Shown here piece by piece: positions 5,545 to 6,835 of a DNA stretch of 6,835 nt; positions within the stretch are counted from its first letter, which is position 1; each line of letters begins with the position of its first letter. This DNA comes from Nitrososphaerota archaeon. Lineage in GTDB: Archaea > Thermoproteota > Nitrososphaeria > Nitrososphaerales > UBA57. The stretch is taken from NCBI GenBank assembly GCA_013378385.1, contig JACAFS010000050.1, positions 1 through 6,835 of the forward strand, in the 5' to 3' direction. A model generated the notes under the pieces. It was not told the origin of the DNA. It was given only the letters and a program-made list of their open reading frames with translations, and made no database searches. A program made the translations under genes and the position numbers.

Positions 5545-6462
5545 TTGGCAGTCCAAAATAGTGAATCAGTTTTTTGTAACTCATGTAAGACACCGTTAAT
5601 TGGTGATGTTGAAAGAGGTGAATATGTTTGTCCTGGTTGTGGTCTTGTTGGAACTGATAAAATAATTGACACGGGGCCTGAATGGAAAGCAATAGATTCA
5701 GAAGATAAAATGAGAAAAGTAAGAACAGGTGCACCTACAAGTTTAGCATTACATGATAGAGGTTTATCTACACAAATAGGTGATATTGTGAAAGATGGTA
5801 ATTCAGCAAATAATAAATCAATGGAAAGAATGAAAAAATGGCAACAAAGATTAAGAACTTCATCATCACAAGAAAGAGGATTAGCAAATGTATTAGGAAA
5901 GATTAGCGAATTTTCTAGGGTTTTGAATTTACCAGATTCTACAAAAGAAACAGCTGCATTAGTTTACAGAAAAGCATTAGGAAATGGAACTGCGAAGAGT
6001 AAATCAATCAAAGGAATGGCGGCAGCGTCAATTTATCTTGCTTGTAGAAAATGTGGAACAAGTAAATCAATGAGAGAGATTTCAGATGTTTCAGGTCTTC
6101 CAAAACCTACAATAGCAAAATATTATCGATTAATATTAAGAGATGTAGAACAAGAACATGTCCCATTACATCCATTAAAGGGATATATATCAAAATTGGT
6201 AAATAAGGCCGAATTAAATCCAAAAATACAACTATGTGCAGTAAAAATGGCAAATCAAATCAATGATACAAAATTAACTAGTGGTAAATCTCCAGCAGGC
6301 ATAGCAGCAGCATTTGTATATATATCATCTGTAATGCTGGGTGAAAAAATACCACAAAGGGAAATTGCCGAATATGCGGATGTAACAGAAGTTACCATCA
6401 GGAATAGAACAAGAGAAATATTAGACAGATATACAATAAGACAAATAATTAAAACAAAATAA
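5545..6462 (+). CDS. tfb: Transcription initiation factor TFB (TFIIB homologue)
   Basis: - N-terminal zinc ribbon C11-x2-C14 ... C29-x2-C32.
- B-reader/linker TGPEWKA...RTGAP.
- Two cyclin-fold repeats (NVLGKISEFSRVLNLP..., GMAAASIYLACRKCG..., GIAAAFVYISSVMLG...).
- C-terminal VTEVTIRNR helix-turn-helix.
- The only canonical start codon upstream of the ribbon is TTG at 5545.
- TAA stop at 6460-6462. Confidence 0.95.
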   Translation: MAVQNSESVFCNSCKTPLIGDVERGEYVCPGCGLVGTDKIIDTGPEWKAIDSEDKMRKVRTGAPTSLALHDRGLSTQIGDIVKDGNSANNKSMERMKKWQQRLRTSSSQERGLANVLGKISEFSRVLNLPDSTKETAALVYRKALGNGTAKSKSIKGMAAASIYLACRKCGTSKSMREISDVSGLPKPTIAKYYRLILRDVEQEHVPLHPLKGYISKLVNKAELNPKIQLCAVKMANQINDTKLTSGKSPAGIAAAFVYISSVMLGEKIPQREIAEYADVTEVTIRNRTREILDRYTIRQIIKTK

Positions 6463-6505
6463 ATATTAAAGACAAGATTGAGTTATTAATGTTAAACGAA
6501 GTCCT

Positions 6506-6835
6506 ATGATACAAAATAATAAAACAACAAAAACGGAAGAAATAAAATCTAAAGAACCTGAGAAGAAAACAAGGGGAAGAAAGCCAAAAATTAAAGAAAC
6601 TAAACCAAAAATTAAAGAAACTAAACCAAAAATTAAAGAAACTAAACCAAAAATTAAAGAACCTGAAAAGAAAACAAGGGGAAGAAAGCCAAAAATTAAA
6701 GAAACTAAACTAAAAATTAAAGAACCTGAAAAGAAAACAAGAGGAAGAAAACCAAAAATTAAAGAAACTAAACCAAAAATTAAAGAAACTAAAGAACCTG
6801 AAAAGAAAACAAAACGTGGAAGAAAAAGTAAAGTT
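6506..6835 (+). CDS. Lysine-rich tandem-repeat protein with RGRKPK (AT-hook-like) motifs, N-terminal part (3' end lies outside the window)
   Basis: From ATG 6506 the frame is open for 110 codons to the window edge: MIQNNKTTKTEEIKSKEPEKKTRGRKPKIKETKPKIKETKPKIKETKPKIKEPEKKTRGRKPKIKETKLKIKEPEKKTRGRKPKIKETKPKIKETKEPEKKTKRGRKSKV. It is absent from the ORF track only because no stop falls in the window. The other ATG nearby (6489) hits a stop after 5 codons. Confidence 0.7.
   Translation, partial: MIQNNKTTKTEEIKSKEPEKKTRGRKPKIKETKPKIKETKPKIKETKPKIKEPEKKTRGRKPKIKETKLKIKEPEKKTRGRKPKIKETKPKIKETKEPEKKTKRGRKSKV
6551..6835 (+). repeat. In-frame nested tandem repeats: 21-nt unit AAACCAAAAATTAAAGAAACT (KPKIKET) and 48-nt unit encoding EPEKKTRGRKPKIKET
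   Basis: The 48-nt units are at 6554-6601, 6659-6706 and 6722-6769. They differ by 1-3 substitutions pairwise, all synonymous (gag/gaa, agg/aga, aag/aaa). A diverged fourth copy starts at 6794. Perfect 21-nt units are at 6602-6622, 6623-6643 and 6770-6790. Truncated 15-nt copies are at 6644-6658 and, with one cca->cta change, at 6707-6721. The array continues past the window edge. Confidence 0.9.

Noticed and set aside
5409-5734. - strand ORFs 5409..5672 and 5528..5734.
   Set aside because: They are antisense to gar1 and to the tfb zinc-ribbon region, both of which have strong family signatures.
5314-6462. A Gar1-TFB fusion produced by readthrough of the single TAA, since both ORFs share one frame.
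   Set aside because: Sharing a frame has a one-in-three chance. Gar1 ends at its usual C-terminus and TFB begins the usual ~10 residues before its zinc ribbon. No such fusion family is known to me.
6551-6835. The tandem repeats as a CRISPR array or non-coding minisatellite.
   Set aside because: The units are directly adjacent with no unique spacers. They are multiples of 3 nt and in frame with ATG 6506, and the differences among the 48-nt copies are synonymous. All of this indicates coding sequence.

Overview
This is a tightly packed, strongly AT-rich archaeal chromosomal segment. The archaeal assignment rests on TFB, archaeal-type Gar1, an Mre11-Rad50 pair and an intron-containing tRNA. Lineage cannot be fixed from sequence alone; a Nitrosopumilales-like thaumarchaeon or another low-GC archaeon is plausible.

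Gene order:
- + strand: 3' part of mre11, coupled to a compact rad50 (667 aa).
- - strand: tRNA-Leu(UAG), directly abutting the rad50 stop codon.
- + strand: a secreted, membrane-anchored six-blade Kelch propeller protein.
- - strand: an MscS-family mechanosensitive channel gene in one reading frame but interrupted by two in-frame TAA codons.
- - strand: tRNA-Arg(UCU) with a 10-nt intron at 37/38.
- + strand: gar1 then tfb, 9 nt apart.
- + strand: the 5' part of a lysine-rich protein built from near-perfect 21-nt and 48-nt tandem repeats carrying RGRKPK (AT-hook-like) motifs.

I see no CRISPR array, transposase, integrase or recognisable defence operon. The honest reading is a housekeeping neighbourhood. 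The items most worth a second look are the doubly interrupted MscS gene, the atypical intron-bearing tRNA-Arg and the repeat-built basic protein next to tfb. All other ORF-track entries are antisense or tRNA-overlapping artefacts of the skewed composition.
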